Assembly: GCF_018977255.1 (NCBI RefSeq)
Contig: NW_024704743.1
Span: forward strand, 36,334,001 to 36,398,000
Length of the DNA stretch: 64,000 nucleotides
Direction: 5' to 3'
From: Callorhinchus milii
Taxonomy: Eukaryota
Both the position numbers and the translations under genes were made by a program. Below the pieces are notes generated by a model that was given only the letters and a program-made list of their open reading frames with translations, had not been told where the DNA came from and did not search any database. Positions 50,901-64,000 of the stretch are shown here, one piece after another (the first letter of the stretch is position 1; the number at the start of each line of letters is the position of its first letter).

Positions 50901-52404
50901 ACCTTTGTTATAAATGCTTTGTAAATGTGCTGGGATCAACTGGCCAAGAAGTGGATGATTGAACACCCTGAAAATATTCCCAGCTGTGAGAAATTAATTC
51001 TCCTTCAACACATAATACTCTTTAAATGAAAATCTGGAATAAAGATTTTACCAATACTCTCTAACTAAAACATAAGTCAGCCATTTTAATTCTGACCCGC
51101 ATGGAGAGATAAACTACTCTCAGATATTAGGAAGAGAAGGGCAGAGGCGTTCCTTCTCAAATCTGTTAAGAGCACAAAACATTATATACCCTTGGGATAA
51201 TCATCATATCACATACTGCATGTTTTACTCTTTTTATATATTGATAAATTAAAATTGCATTGGCTTTAGACTATTGGAATAGATTAAAGATTAATCAGAA
51301 AGTGACGTACTATACACTGTGCAATAATTTGAAATTAGCAACATGAATCAAGTTAAATAGATGGACTCTCCTTGTCATTGTTTTAATTGATGTTTTTGGT
51401 TCATCTATGTGAAATAATTGTCGCAATGTAAGACTTGATTGGAATTTGCGAACAGGCATTAGTGGCAACAAATGTAGCCTTAAGGATTGTCCTGCAAAGG
51501 ATAATCCCTCAAAGCAATTTGTAGTTATTTTATGAACAGCCAATTGATATAAATGTGGAAGCATTTGTGACTTGAAGGTTAGACAATACATCTTCAGTCT
51601 GTAAGAAAGATGATCAGTTTGCACTTCCATTGGTATTACTCTGTTCATTTATTTTCCGAGTAATTTCTTATCATTGGCGGTAACACAAGAATAACTGTTC
51701 TCTTGTGTTTTTCCATTCCATCACTGAGAAATATTTGCTATCTCTCTTTAATTTACTCTGATGCTTTTCGTCTCTCTCTGCTGTGTTGTTCCCTCAGCAT
51801 TAGAGAAGATAAATTACACTTTTCTTGTACAATTTTGTTCACTCGTTGCAGTTATAAGCAATACCATAAAATTCATGGCTCCTGGCCACAGATATTGAAG
51901 ATGACTTATGGTATCCCTGTGTCAGGATGAGCAGTTTCGCTGGCTACAGTTTTCTCAGCACTTGACACACACATCTTGTAATTGTAACAAGTTAAGATTA
52001 CCTGATGTTAGAGCCTATAATTCAGTGATTTATATTTCTACTCTAAGGATTATTTGGAGTAGGCTGGTTAATAAATTATAAAGAATCCTCTCTTAATGTG
52101 CTAAAAGGCAATGTGTGAAAAACAGGAGAATGAAACCTATAGCAATTTCCTTATAAAGACCCCCAAAGCAGGTTTGTTACTTTGCAAAGTAAAAAGTGTG
52201 CTAATTGATACAGGCTACATGGAAAACCATCAGAAAACTAAGCCAATATGGATTTGAAGGTAAAGTTCCTCCAAATACAACCAAAGTATTCGTTAAAGCA
52301 AAATTCACATTTACTGTTTATCATAATTTTGATATAATATTTGATATAGCAACTATAATGAAATGCCATAAAGTTAAATTTGTGTAAGTGAAGTGATTGT
52401 GCAT

Positions 52405-52665
52405 TGGTAGGAATATGCAACAACTAATTTGCACACAGCAATGGCCGACTCAAGTGAATGACCAATGTATCTGTTGGACAGGACACTGGGAGAAATTCGC
52501 TTCTCTTTTTGAACAGTGTCATAGGAACTTTAAAGTCCACCAGAACCAGGAAAACAATGCAGACCTCTGCTTGTATTGTAATCAATTGTCAGTCTAGTCT
52601 GTAAGGTTACAGCTATCCTACAACCTTCTGACCTAGCAGCGAGAGTGCTACTAACTGAGCCAAGA
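52405..52665 (-). mobile_element. Old Deu-domain SINE fragment
   Basis: tttgcacacagcaat...caggacactgggagaaattc...gagtgctactaactgagcc. Confidence 0.7.
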
Positions 52666-53889
52666 ATGTGTTAACCTCTACTGTGCAGCACTGCGATGAT
52701 TAAAAGGCTTCATATTGTTAGCTATCACACTCATTGGTTTTTATTTCTCACTATTATTTTTTCAGCTAAACCTGAGTATTGCAAAATAAATCATTCTTTT
52801 TCCATTTCTTTTGATGGAAGTTGATAATGATGTAAGTCCTAACTGGAAGGAAGAGTACTGGAACTGTATTGGTAGGAAGAGCTCCTTTCTAGTTTGTTTT
52901 GCCCACGTAACAAAATAATGGAGCTAAATTTTGTTTGCACAAACAGAAAGTGATTAAAACCTTACTGATTTAAAGCTTCCTCACAATGCTCCCTTACCAA
53001 CAAGAAAAACATTGCTACCAATAGCAACAAAAATCTCATAAGTCAAAAGAATTCATGAATGTACAACAACTAATATACTCACATTTTTTGATTAGCTGTG
53101 TACTGTTAATGAGAAATGATATTAAAATATGTGGATTCAGAACTCATTAATACAGTTGGATTACAACCTGTCCTGACTCCTTGCCTGATTTATTTCCCCA
53201 TCAATCTACACTAGATAGCCAATTCCTGCCTAGCAACAGATATCTGTCACTGTTGCTTCTAGATAACTAAATAAGTGAATTAATAGAAGAAAAGGTTGAA
53301 GAAGAGAGCAAGTACTGTCAACTGCAACGGACAGCCAGTATTCTTGCAGACATTTGATGAGTTCAGAAGCACAAACACAAATAGACTGGTCACGGAAAGT
53401 TGTTGATGTCTGGTATTTTGTAACCCAACCTCTTGATATTTTAGTTGACTTGAGCTGTAAACTTTCTTTCCTTGAACTCACATATGAAATCTTCTGAAGA
53501 TACCTAAAGCCCTGTCTGTGCTATGCTCGTGATACTGGAAAACCTGTTATCTTCACAAATCCANTTTTTTTTAAATCAATCGAAATTATACAAACTTCTC
53601 AGCTCTGAAGTCTCCCCAGCATTTAGGTATATCGATTGAGGGCAGATCCACACTGGAATAAATTTGCAGGCAACAGAGTCAATTAGATGGGCAATGGATG
53701 ATGAAAGCCATTTTATACATACATACATAACAGTGATTCAGAGAATTTGTTTTGTACTTGTGCTAGTGAAGTGCAGTCCAGCAAAGGCAACGGACTGAAA
53801 AATTATAATGCAAATCGTCTCTGAATCAGAAGCCTGTTTTCTAGGATCAAATCAGCAACAAGATTGTAAAACAAGATGTCTAACTTCTA

Positions 53890-54068
53890 GCTTAAACTAT
53901 TGTGAGGCCCAGAATTTCTCATTTTAAAATTCATAATTTTTTGGAAATTCTTAACTTTAGGCAGTTTTTCATGGTTCGTTTTAACCAACTTCCCGATCAA
54001 GAGTGAATTTAAGAATTGTTCACGATTCTGGGCGATCTTAAATTTTAAGGCAATTGCCTTAAGGTTAA
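53890..54068. mobile_element. Degenerate relative of the 31593-31786 MITE-like element
   Basis: Right end atttaagaattgttcacgattctgggcgatcttaaattttaaggcaattgccttaaggtta aligns to 31725-31786. Confidence 0.5.
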
Positions 54069-54564
54069 TATCATGAAATCTGTGCTCTGTCCTCTAAGCT
54101 TTACACATCCACTTACAGAAAAGTAACTAGTGAGGGCTCAAACCAGCAGTTGTCAGATACTGTATCTAATAACGAACTAGTGATGATTCTTCTGGGGAGG
54201 GGGAGGGGAGCGATAAGCAGGATCTCTTTGCAGTTAAGTTGGCTCCAAGTTAACACAACTGGAATTGGTAGATAAGAATCCAGTAGATCTCTGTGGCAGT
54301 CTAAATAATGCAACAGCTGAGTCAGGCAAGTACACAGTACGCAGTAGGCATTGTTGATGATGAATCAGTCATTCTGGCTTGTTGGCAGAAGTAATATTCT
54401 TCACACTAGCATTCTGATGACCTGCAAAGCAAACCAAATGGGTCTTGTGGTCCTAGCTGGAAGTTACCAATGCCAATTTGGTTTAAATTGGTTAAACGCC
54501 AATGGAAATTCTGGGTCCCCATGATTGGGCCCATCTATTCCTGCACCTGAATGTTTGGGATTTA

Positions 54565-54720
54565 TGTAATCAAGGTGCATCCCTTTCGGGAGAGTTTGCT
54601 TACTCCAAACCAAACAAGTGGAAATTTCCTTGCATGTGTGGAACTCTCAGTAGTTTGGGCATGAAACCTCCTAGGTCTGGGTTTCTACATGTATTAGATA
54701 CACAGTTGACTGAAAAAAAA
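54565..54720 (+). repeat. Unnamed dispersed repeat, copy F (3' third)
   Basis: ggtgcatccctttcgggagag...tgggtttctacatgtattagatacacagttgactgaaaaaaaa. Confidence 0.68.
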
Positions 54721-54919
54721 GGAAAATGTAGTGAAAGATGCTACACGATTAGTCTATTACTGGTTGTGAACAATACTAAATTTTAACAATGTATAATTCA
54801 ATCTCCCTTCTATTTGAAAAAATCAAAATATAATCCATTTTATTAGAATCTGCTCTGAGTGGCATTTCTTTCCTTTCAAATGACTGTACTTTCTTATCAT
54901 TTTAGTTGAAGGTAATAAG

Positions 54920-55023
54920 ACAACAACAACTTGCATTTATATAGCGCCAATCTGCAAGTGCTCCGAAATGCTACCCTTTGTGACGGGAACTATATAAATG
55001 GGAGTTGTTGTTGTTGTTGTTGT
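54920..55023. mobile_element. Two short L2 tails back to back
   Basis: (aac)n-ttgcatttatatagcgcc ... ctatataaatgggag-(ttg)n. Confidence 0.7.
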
Positions 55024-56454
55024 CTTTTAAATCCAATGGCTTTGTGCTATGTGTGTTCTTTCTATTTGTCTTGCAAAACCCTGTAAGATACATGACATTT
55101 TTGCAAGTGCTTTTCCAGCACCTGTCTTGTTTTTCTCTTAAGGTGTTTTTAAAAAGTGAGCTTAACCATTGCAACAAAAGCACAAGAAACTGATGAATTT
55201 GAATAATTGCGCTCATAAATATTCAGCACAAAATGTTGATGCATATTGGTGTCTGGAACAGAAAATTACAGGGTTTTATTATAGTCCTCCATGATAGTCC
55301 TCTTCTTCATCCTTTGCTTCAAGTGAATTCCTATGACTTATTGCAAATATAAAGTGAAGCAACAGCCTACTGACAATTTTAGCAGAGGTTTCTTTTGAAT
55401 TACTGTATATGGCACAGGGGAGATTGTTTTCCAAAGAAAAATCAATGGTTTAGTTTCATATGTCTTGTTTAATATTTCTGAGAAAGAAGGTACTCTATAA
55501 ACACTTTGATTTAACTAGAGGCAATAAATAAATGCCCAAGTGAGTTTTGAAAATGAAAATAATCCAAACACACCCCTTTTGAGAACAAAGTATTTATTCA
55601 GTGTTTGGTACATCCTTCCTCTCTGAGCGTTTCAATTCCGCATGCAATGGGAAGCTTATATACTGAGCAACAGGTTTTCCTCAAGGGTTCCTATTTACTG
55701 CAGATCATCAATAAATGTACATTCAGCTCGTTTTCAATGTTAAAAACAGTGGAGGTAAACTTGTGATTTTTTTCTAGACCTGTACGACAGAGTAGGAGGT
55801 TGTTCAGTTCATTACATTGTGCTGCCTTTGATGTGCTATGAAATGTGACAAGTTTAGTCGATATTATCGACTGGTTACAAGTCGTTGAGGCCTTCAGCTT
55901 CAGCACAATAAAAAAATCACAGAGAACAGCCTTCTACGTACAAACCTCTCTTGTAATTTTATGAAATATGGGAAATTGACCGAGAATCAAGTGGGAGTCT
56001 CGAACCAGTGATCTCATCAGCAGCTCCCAAGCAGAAATTGAGCCTTGCAAAATGAACACCTTCACATAGTTTTAAAGGCTAACCTAGAAGGTAGTTTTGG
56101 AAAGAAGTATATTTTCACCTTGAAACTTGCAAACCTGTCCTAAGTGTCTATTTGGATAGTGGGCTTTTACTGTATAATGAATTACTAAATGGTTAGTTAT
56201 ACATAATTGTTCAACAGCTTGATGGAAGCTTTATCTGTATTGCTCCATTAATCACAAAGGCTTACACATGTATCTTACACTGCAAATACTGTCATAGATG
56301 TTTTTAAAATTGTAACATATTGACAAAATGCTGTGGGCAGTAATAAACCTGATTTAGCATTGGTAACATACCAGGATTGCAATAATAGAAAATTCCAGAC
56401 TAAATAAAAGTAATGGGATCCAATAAGTGGCTAAATTGGTATATGTAGGACACT

Positions 56455-56760
56455 AAAAATGATGAACATTTCACCCATGTCATACCTACAGAAAATGTGG
56501 ATAGCTGGGAGCACATTAAAAGAAGTCTTTGCTTCCAAAGTGCTTCCTGTTCCAGTCATTCCTGCTGTCTGTCCTGAAATTGCCTTTTGCAACTGTAAAC
56601 CTGTGTCTTCTCATTCTGCTGTCTTGGTGCATCCAAAAGTATTGTTCTGAGTTTACTTTCTCAATCCCATTTAAAATTGTATATACCTTTAGAAGATTCT
56701 CTCGGAGTCCAGATGCCAGCTCCAGCCAATCGGGATCAGTCACTCTCATGCAAAAGAACA
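56455..56760 (-). mobile_element. Old CR1 3' fragment
   Basis: LRENLLKVYTILNGIEKV...RRHRFTVAKGNFRTD resembles the CR1 ORF2 C-terminus. Confidence 0.7.
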
Positions 56761-57649
56761 GGTTTTGGATGGTTAATAATTGACAGTCAAACTGCTTTCA
56801 CATCCTCTCTGAAGAGTTACCATTAAAATAATAACAATAATATTGAATTGTCAAAATCTATTACTAGAGACCAATGCAGTGAATAACGGACATAATCCTA
56901 AATACAATAATTTGTACAGAAACAATGGACACTTCACCTCTTTCAGAGAGGAATTATTCTACACGCCAAGAAAACAGAGCAATGAATTCAAAGTTGCTCT
57001 TGGATGAAGGAATCTCCTGAGAACGTAATTACTTGAATAAGAGCCTGTGCTCAGTAATGGATTTGTTTAAAGGGTAAATCACAGGGATTGTATTGCTATA
57101 ATCTATTACTTGTGAAGGTATTAAATTAATGATTTTCTGTTAATAGGAATAAATACTTTAATTACAAGGTCCAGTCAGTGATCCTCTGAGTTTACCTTGA
57201 GTATCTTTATCTCCATTAATGAAAATAATATGTCAATTGACGGGAATGAAAGCAACTGAATTTTTGATAAGCATTTGATTAATAGGTTGAAGTCTGAATT
57301 CAGTGTTTCTCTCTCTAACGAGACTGGTTGCACTGAACTCCATATAGCATATTTCTTATAACATTTTCATGTTAAATAACAATTGATCTGATGTTCCTCA
57401 GTTTATTAAATATGGATGTGGAGCCCAATTAACAAACTTTGTAAACAAAATCACATCAATGCCCTGTCATTCCTGCATGGCAAGTGTGAGGAATCCAATT
57501 TCATTCTTTAAAGGATTTAAAAATTACCTACCACAAGGCAAACTTGCAAAACATTCTTAAAGGGAACAGATGACGTTTAGCTCACAAGAACACATCCTTT
57601 GTCTGGAATGTACAGATCAGAGGAACCCTCATACTTCTAACTCAGAGAC

Positions 57650-57980
57650 AAGAACCAGGCTGACAACTATTGGAATTAAGCTCATGATCCCACCCGACAC
57701 TCTGGTGCAGTACTGGGGGAGTGTATCATTGTCAGAGTCTCCATCTTTATGATGAGGCATGCAACCAACCAACCATCAACATGTTCAGGAGGATGCTAAA
57801 GATCCTATGGCACTATACACAGTCCTAGCCAACACGCCCACAGATAAATTGGTAACTAATTTCATGGCTGTCGCATTTGCCCATGAATAGAAAGTCATTA
57901 CACTTAGAAACAATTAGTTGTTTAGAGGTATGAGATATTTGCAATTATAGACACTATATCAGTTGCAAGGATTATTATTG
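57650..57980 (+). mobile_element. Old Deu-domain SINE
   Basis: gacactctggtgcagtactgggggagtg...ggatgctaaagatcctatggcact...gcaaggattatt. Confidence 0.72.
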
Positions 57981-59724
57981 TAAATTGGTAATTTATAACA
58001 GGGTAATTCTTAACAGTACGATAGCAGCGACCGCGATTCGTAAACAGCAATAGCAACTCCACTTTGACCCAACCTATTTATGGACTGGAGCACTTGAGGT
58101 TTGCATGACACACTGACATACTTCCAGTTATCAGAAGAAGCCATTACTCGCTGCAATTCCGACTCCTCTATGTAAAATCTAACCGTTAAACATCTATTCA
58201 CCTCTCCAAATCACTCTTCTGTTCTTTAGTCCTCTCTCTGGTTCTGATGTTGCTATCTCCTTGTCTGGTATCTTTCTCTAGTCCAAAGAGAGAAACATCA
58301 ATAATCCCAATGTCATCATCCCAATGGAGCCTGAGATATGTTTGTAACTCAGTTATAACTCTCTGGATCTCTACTGCTATCACCCAGTGAGTGAGTTTGA
58401 TAATGGTCGAGTACAAACAGGTACAGAAAAAAAGTGAAAGTCTGAAACCAGTGGAATTTGTACAATAGGACACCAGGAATAACTGCAACAAAGAAAAAAA
58501 TTAGAGGGAGTGATTGTACCCATAATACTTTATTGAAGGCGATACTCCATCAAGCTATAACATGATTTGATCTTGTTTGAATATAGCTCAAACAAGATTT
58601 CGCCTGCAAAATATGCCACATTTTATTCACAATAAGCAGTCAATTTCACTTTACAATATATTCTGTGTAGCTCTTTGAGATGTGATAAGGAGTTATAACA
58701 AATGCAATGAAGGATTCTTATTAAACAAATTTGTTGCAGTCCATACCTAGTACTTGCATCATCTAGCATACTTACATCTAGCAATCGTGACATGATCCCA
58801 GGCTGCTATTTAGTTACATTTTTCTGCTTGGAGTTGAGGTGTTAGGGGTTCTCTGGACATGAAACAATTTACACGGGGTTCCCTGGATATGATATAATTT
58901 ACAATCTATAGGCTTTATTTTCCTCAGCTCAATATATAATTTACGCTGATGGTCCCCATTCAAGCTCTTTTATATTCTGGACAGAACATTAATGTCCCTC
59001 ACCCCGAACCTGGGGTCCATGATGGTACCATGGCTCGGATGATACTGATATGGGAGGGCGGAGGCATATTTCATTTTTTGGGGGCTGGCAGCCCCCAACC
59101 CTCCCCACCCCTCATGAGTCAGCTCCCCCCTTTACCAGGATATTTCAAGCCCTTTCCAAGTAGTTGCCAGTCCGCCACTGCCTGGAATACTTGTTATTTA
59201 TTCTGTATCTAACCTATGCTGCACTGACCTGGAGTTGTGGTATTTACACAAATGTAATTACTTTTTTTATTGAATGCTCGTTCTCAATCGGGGGGGGCTT
59301 TAGAATCGACGGAGTATTCCATTCCTAGGCACAGGGTCAAGATGTCATCACGCGGAAAACTGTAATGATGTGGCATCATCGACAGGGAGACGGGAGACTG
59401 TGCAGTGTACGTGGGCACAGCATGAAAGAGTGTGAGAAAGGTGATGTGAAACACATAAGTTTAAGAAATAAAATAATTCAGCCAATTCTATTAAGCATTT
59501 GACCCCACACACTCCAACTATCAGGCTAATGATTTAACTGCAGTATCCTGTGCTATGATGATATAGTTACCAATGCAATTTAAGATAACAGCAACATAGC
59601 TGCAATCAACCTAACATGACATAATATAACAGACAATATCTTCTTCACTCCTGGTGGTACAATCCTAAAGCATAGCACTGTGGCAGTCTTGGTAGACCGA
59701 TTTCTAAGCCAGGCAGGTCCACGT

Positions 59725-60145
59725 ACTCCAGGGCATTGCTGATAACAAATCAGCCAGTGTGGCTCATCAGTGGGACTTAGAGACCAGTCACAGGGGCCAG
59801 GGATTCTCCTGTTAACACTACAAGCCAAAGCCATAACTGGAAGGACGGTTCTAGCTGAACAAGCAGCGGGAAGCTTGCCAGACAGTGCTTTCAAAAACAA
59901 ACTGTGAGGTTTTAACTGGTTAGAGTCCATGCATACTTTGTGGTCCTCCAAGCCTTGGCTCTGCACCGAATACTTTCCAGAATTAGGTAAAGAAGATGCT
60001 TCCCTCTAGGGAGAGAGAGCGCATTCCACTCCAGACATGGGGAAATTTGCATGTGTACATAGCTTACATACAGTCTGGTTTGGCTACTATTAAGCATGGT
60101 GATTGGTTTCCACATGTGTCACACAATCAGTTAATCAAAAATAAT
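59725..60145 (+). repeat. Unnamed ~470-bp dispersed repeat, copy G
   Basis: Colinear with copy E; ends cagttaatcaaaaataat. Confidence 0.8.
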
Positions 60146-60564
60146 CTGTCATTTTGCTTAGTTAAACATATTTACTGCATTTCAAAATAATTTCAATAAC
60201 TGCATGTTATCAAAATATTACAATTATAAACTTTTTCTACATTTCGAACAGGTCAAGTGAGATCACCTCTCCAGACCACGTCTCACTTTTTTGCCATCAA
60301 GGTATATTTTTTATCACAGCTTTGTATTAAAACCTGTATTCACTCATGCCACTTAAAAAACTGAAGGGATAGGTCTTGCAAATGGCCTCCATCAACTACG
60401 TCCATTGTAGAAGCAATTTTCCTAGGTTAGGGTAAAATCACAAGAGACATTCAGATGACATTCAGCGCTTATAACATATCAATTCTTAAGTTAACAAAGC
60501 ATTGAATTTGCTCCATTGCTGTGTGTGCATAAATTGTGTATACACACCATTCCAAATTACTAGA

Positions 60565-60720
60565 TTTTTTTGGGGGGGTCAGCCGGGTGTCTGAATTTGC
60601 AGAAACCCATCAATATGCTTAAGAGTATTCAAACCAAACTGAGAATTTCATGCATCCCACCTACACATGGGAATCCCAGAGAAAGATTGTTGGAATGGAA
60701 TGCGCACTCTCTCCCCAGAA
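60565..60720 (-). repeat. Unnamed dispersed repeat, copy H (3' third)
   Basis: Matches 37745-37890; T-run at 60565. Confidence 0.78.
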
Positions 60721-62539
60721 TTACTAGATGCTCTGCAGCTTTGCATTGGCAGAAGCCTATAGTTATGGAGCATCTAAGCTTTGATGTGCAGCAGTCTGAG
60801 TTCAAAAGCTTTCGGAAATGTGATATCACGATTATAATTTTTTTAATTAATATTTTTAATTTTTTTTTCTCTAATTTTTTTTCTGCTCCAATCGGTGACA
60901 GTAGGGGTAGTAAATAAGGAGAGTCTGGCCTATCAATGAATTGTGGGCTCTTGAATGCGGCTGTCTCGTTGTGTGAGTTCTCATTACAGTAGCTAGCAAA
61001 TTTCATCATCCGCTTATTTGATATAAGGGAGTAAGTTCTGATCTGCATAGAAATTGCTTTCCTTGGTTATGATAATTAGTTTGGGGTTGAATGCTTTGTG
61101 TTTGCGTCAGGAGCCGTGTAGTTCAGAGTTGAGCCTCAACATGATGTGAAGTAATTATTCTTGCTGCTTGTCTTGCTGCTCCTTCAACCTGATTTGCTAT
61201 TACATTCCTCTTCCCCAGAGACGCTGCTGCTTCTAGTTGTGAAATAACTGTTTGAATGCCACACCAGCGTTTCTGTCCTCCAAAGGGGAAAATTACAACA
61301 ACAATAATTTGGATTTATTAAGCATACTTCCTGTAGGATAATGCCTCGGAGCATTGTACAGTGATGAGGTTGGAACCCGAGCAAGGGTGAAGAGGGAGGG
61401 GAACGTGGTTATAAGTGCAGTTGCAGAGGTAGGTTTTAAAAGGAGATTATATAGCCCCAATCATTTATACATGAATGTGGAAATGTTACATAATTTGTAA
61501 GAATGTAGGAACATGCAGCACCAGAAAGAGCCATTACGGTCTGCTCAAACTCCTTACCTCACCCACCTACCGACCCCCATTATCATTAAATATCTACTCA
61601 ATAATTCCACCTTGTAAATGCCCCCATACTCCTCCTCCATCACTTTTCTGTAAACCATCTCTTATTAATCACAACAACAATAACTTGCATTTATGTAGCA
61701 CCCCTCAGACAGGGTAGGGTCCCAGAGAACTTAACCAAGACAGCCCAAATGATCAAGGTGATCATGCAGTTTGAAAAGTACCAACTAAGATTCTATGGTC
61801 TTACATTCTGCCATAACTGTGGCAAAAGCCTACTGTTTAAATTGACCTGAGTCAGACCTCTCATATAGATCACGATGACTGGAAGAGAGTCATCTAATGA
61901 GGTTAATTAGTTCTGCATTTTTATCTCTTTGGTGTTCAAGGTCAATAAAAACTGCAAATGAATTGGCTGAATGTGTGTCACGTTCAATTCAAACCTGCAG
62001 CAGGTACAGGTAACCTCGATCAGGTCACATTGTGCTAAGCTCCACGATGTGCACTGCCATCAATTATACCAGCAACATCCTCCAGGACGCACAAGACATA
62101 CACAAAGTTTTAATTGTATTCATAACCACAATTTCAAACCTGATGTTCTGTGTTATCACCGGATGTTTTGTTGTTGTCCCACTTTAATCAAATAGTGTTC
62201 ACAACAGTAATTTCAATAAAGTAAAAACGCCACAAGGTAAAACAATACGAGGCAATTAATTATGTTCTTAGGATTTATATGTTTAATAACACCAAGTTCA
62301 GGCTGCTGGAGGCAAAAGGAGTGAATTTTTGTATTGGTCTCTTTTAAAAGCTTATCTCTTTGATTCTTTCTGTTCTCTGTGACAGATAACCATTGTTCAT
62401 AACTCCAGGGTCCAATCCCCAAGCCTGAAAACAAGAAATTGATACAGTGGCACTTTCTTAAAACCAAGATACCCATAAAGTTCTGATATGGCATGTTGAA
62501 AGTTAAAATTTAATTAATGGCTAACTTAATAGATTACAA

Positions 62540-62905
62540 TGATAATCCTTGCATTTGCATTTAATATAGTGCTTATAACATCTCAAGGTTTTGTGACTCA
62601 GACAAATGCAGCAGCCAATTTATACGCATTAATATCCCACAAACAGCAATGAAGTTGTGTTTGATTAATTTTATCTGGAGGATTGTTGGCCAGGAAACTG
62701 GCAGAAACTCCATTCTCTTTTTGATGCGCTCCCACATGAAAGGCGCTATATAAATGTAACTCTGATTTGTATTTGAATAATGACATGGGATCTTTAACAT
62801 CCTTCTGAAGGATGAGAGGGTCAGCCTTGTCTATGAGCTTAAAGTCCTAACATGGGGTTTGAAACCACAATCATTCTGACAAAAGTGCTACCAACTAAGC
62901 CAATG
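62540..62905 (-). mobile_element. Old Deu-domain SINE with an L2 tail (+ strand) at ~62730-62775
   Basis: Deu blocks on the minus strand surround catgaaaggcgctatataaatgtaac. Confidence 0.68.
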
Positions 62906-63859
62906 AGATAACATAATAAGATCAGCAAACCTTGTCTATATTCAACACATTATTACAGTGTTGATGTGTCACTAGGTAATAATACAAAATAACCACTTAC
63001 TCAAGTTTTTCCTCACTCCTCATCGACTGGGTAAAGTTCCAATATGCAGAAAAGGTATGGAAAGGGAAAAGTGGATGTATTGGTATATGAATGTCATTTT
63101 TATTTTAAAACATTGACATTTGCAGTGTTTCCTTACCACATTAACACAAGGACCAGTTTAAGAAATATTGCAAAATTTGTCTAGACATTGAAAGGAGACA
63201 CAGCTCTCTGTACAGTAATCACAGTACTTGGCTGATAACAGAAGGACACCCAGTTTTCAGTCTTGTGTTTGTTCCTACAAAATGTTCAGGAGGAACTGGG
63301 AACGAATGCCACCTAAATTAATCTGTGGGAAGTGGTGATGGGTCTAAAATTAACCATCTCTCCCAAGCCTGTGACAGAAAGTGAATTGGAAAGCAACTGA
63401 TGCTGACAAGAACTGGCAAGTCTGACACCTTAAGAAAAAAGTACAAAACATAGTGCATGTGTGTGTGTGAAGTAAACAACACCATTCCCAGCAAAGGAAA
63501 GACACAGTATCTGTACAGCCTTGAGGGACCTCACATTTTCTTTGAGGCAGAGGATCCTGTGTGGGGCTATAAACAGAATTAGCATATATTAGCGCTTTTT
63601 TTTTAATGCAAAATGTTGTGCATTGGAAAATTCAGGGACTGTTGGACAGTTACCCTACACAAGTAATTCTTATATATAGTCAACGACCATTACATTTTAT
63701 AATTATATGGTAACCATTTGATAAAGAAAATTGGTGTAGGCCAGTAAACATGTGCAGATGACACACAAATGGTAATAATCACACATCACTTTTACTGTTG
63801 TGATTCACTACCAGTGAATCACAGAAAGAAGCTGAAATTAAATTGGGCTTTTCTACATA

Positions 63860-64000
63860 GTTACATAAACCATAAAGCACAGAAACAGGCCATTCGGCCA
63901 AACAATCCATGCCAGTGTTTATAATCCATGTGAGTCTTCACCCATTTCTTACTTCCTCCCTACACTTCTATTCCCTTCTCCCTCGTGTGAATATTTAGCT
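63860..64000 (-). mobile_element. CR1 3' end, runs off the window
   Basis: agcacagaaacaggccattcggcc... is a CR1-type 3'UTR. Confidence 0.72.

Noticed and set aside
53564..53564. Single N base
   Set aside because: Assembly ambiguity next to a T-run, not biological.
58845..58903. Two ~30-bp ggggtt..ctgga..tga...aatttaca units as hAT subterminal repeats
   Set aside because: No TIR or 8-bp TSD found; treated as a simple local duplication.

Overview
This is AT-rich vertebrate non-coding DNA (intergenic or a large intron), and I cannot support any host protein-coding exon, rRNA, true tRNA or CRISPR array in it. The repeat content points to a cartilaginous fish, probably a holocephalan such as elephant shark/chimaera (inference). 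It comprises: one rearranged, near full-length CR1 LINE (12185-16300, minus strand); several 5'-truncated L2 LINEs with (GTT)n tails; a young tRNA-Ala-headed SINE with an L2-type tail, in a long and a short subtype; about 11 older Deu-domain SINE copies; old CR1 3' fragments; at least three MITE-like DNA elements; and a 30-bp minisatellite. Nearly all recognisable ORFs in the track are retroelement remnants or their antisense shadows. Best leads: (1) an unnamed ~470-bp structured, A-tailed repeat present 8 times with a shared 3' end and conserved hairpins; (2) a 144-bp inverted repeat with one mismatch between two otherwise old SINE copies; (3) several nested or rearranged retroelement junctions. 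I found no clearly new biological system. Coordinates of old, diverged repeats are approximate (about +/-20 bp).
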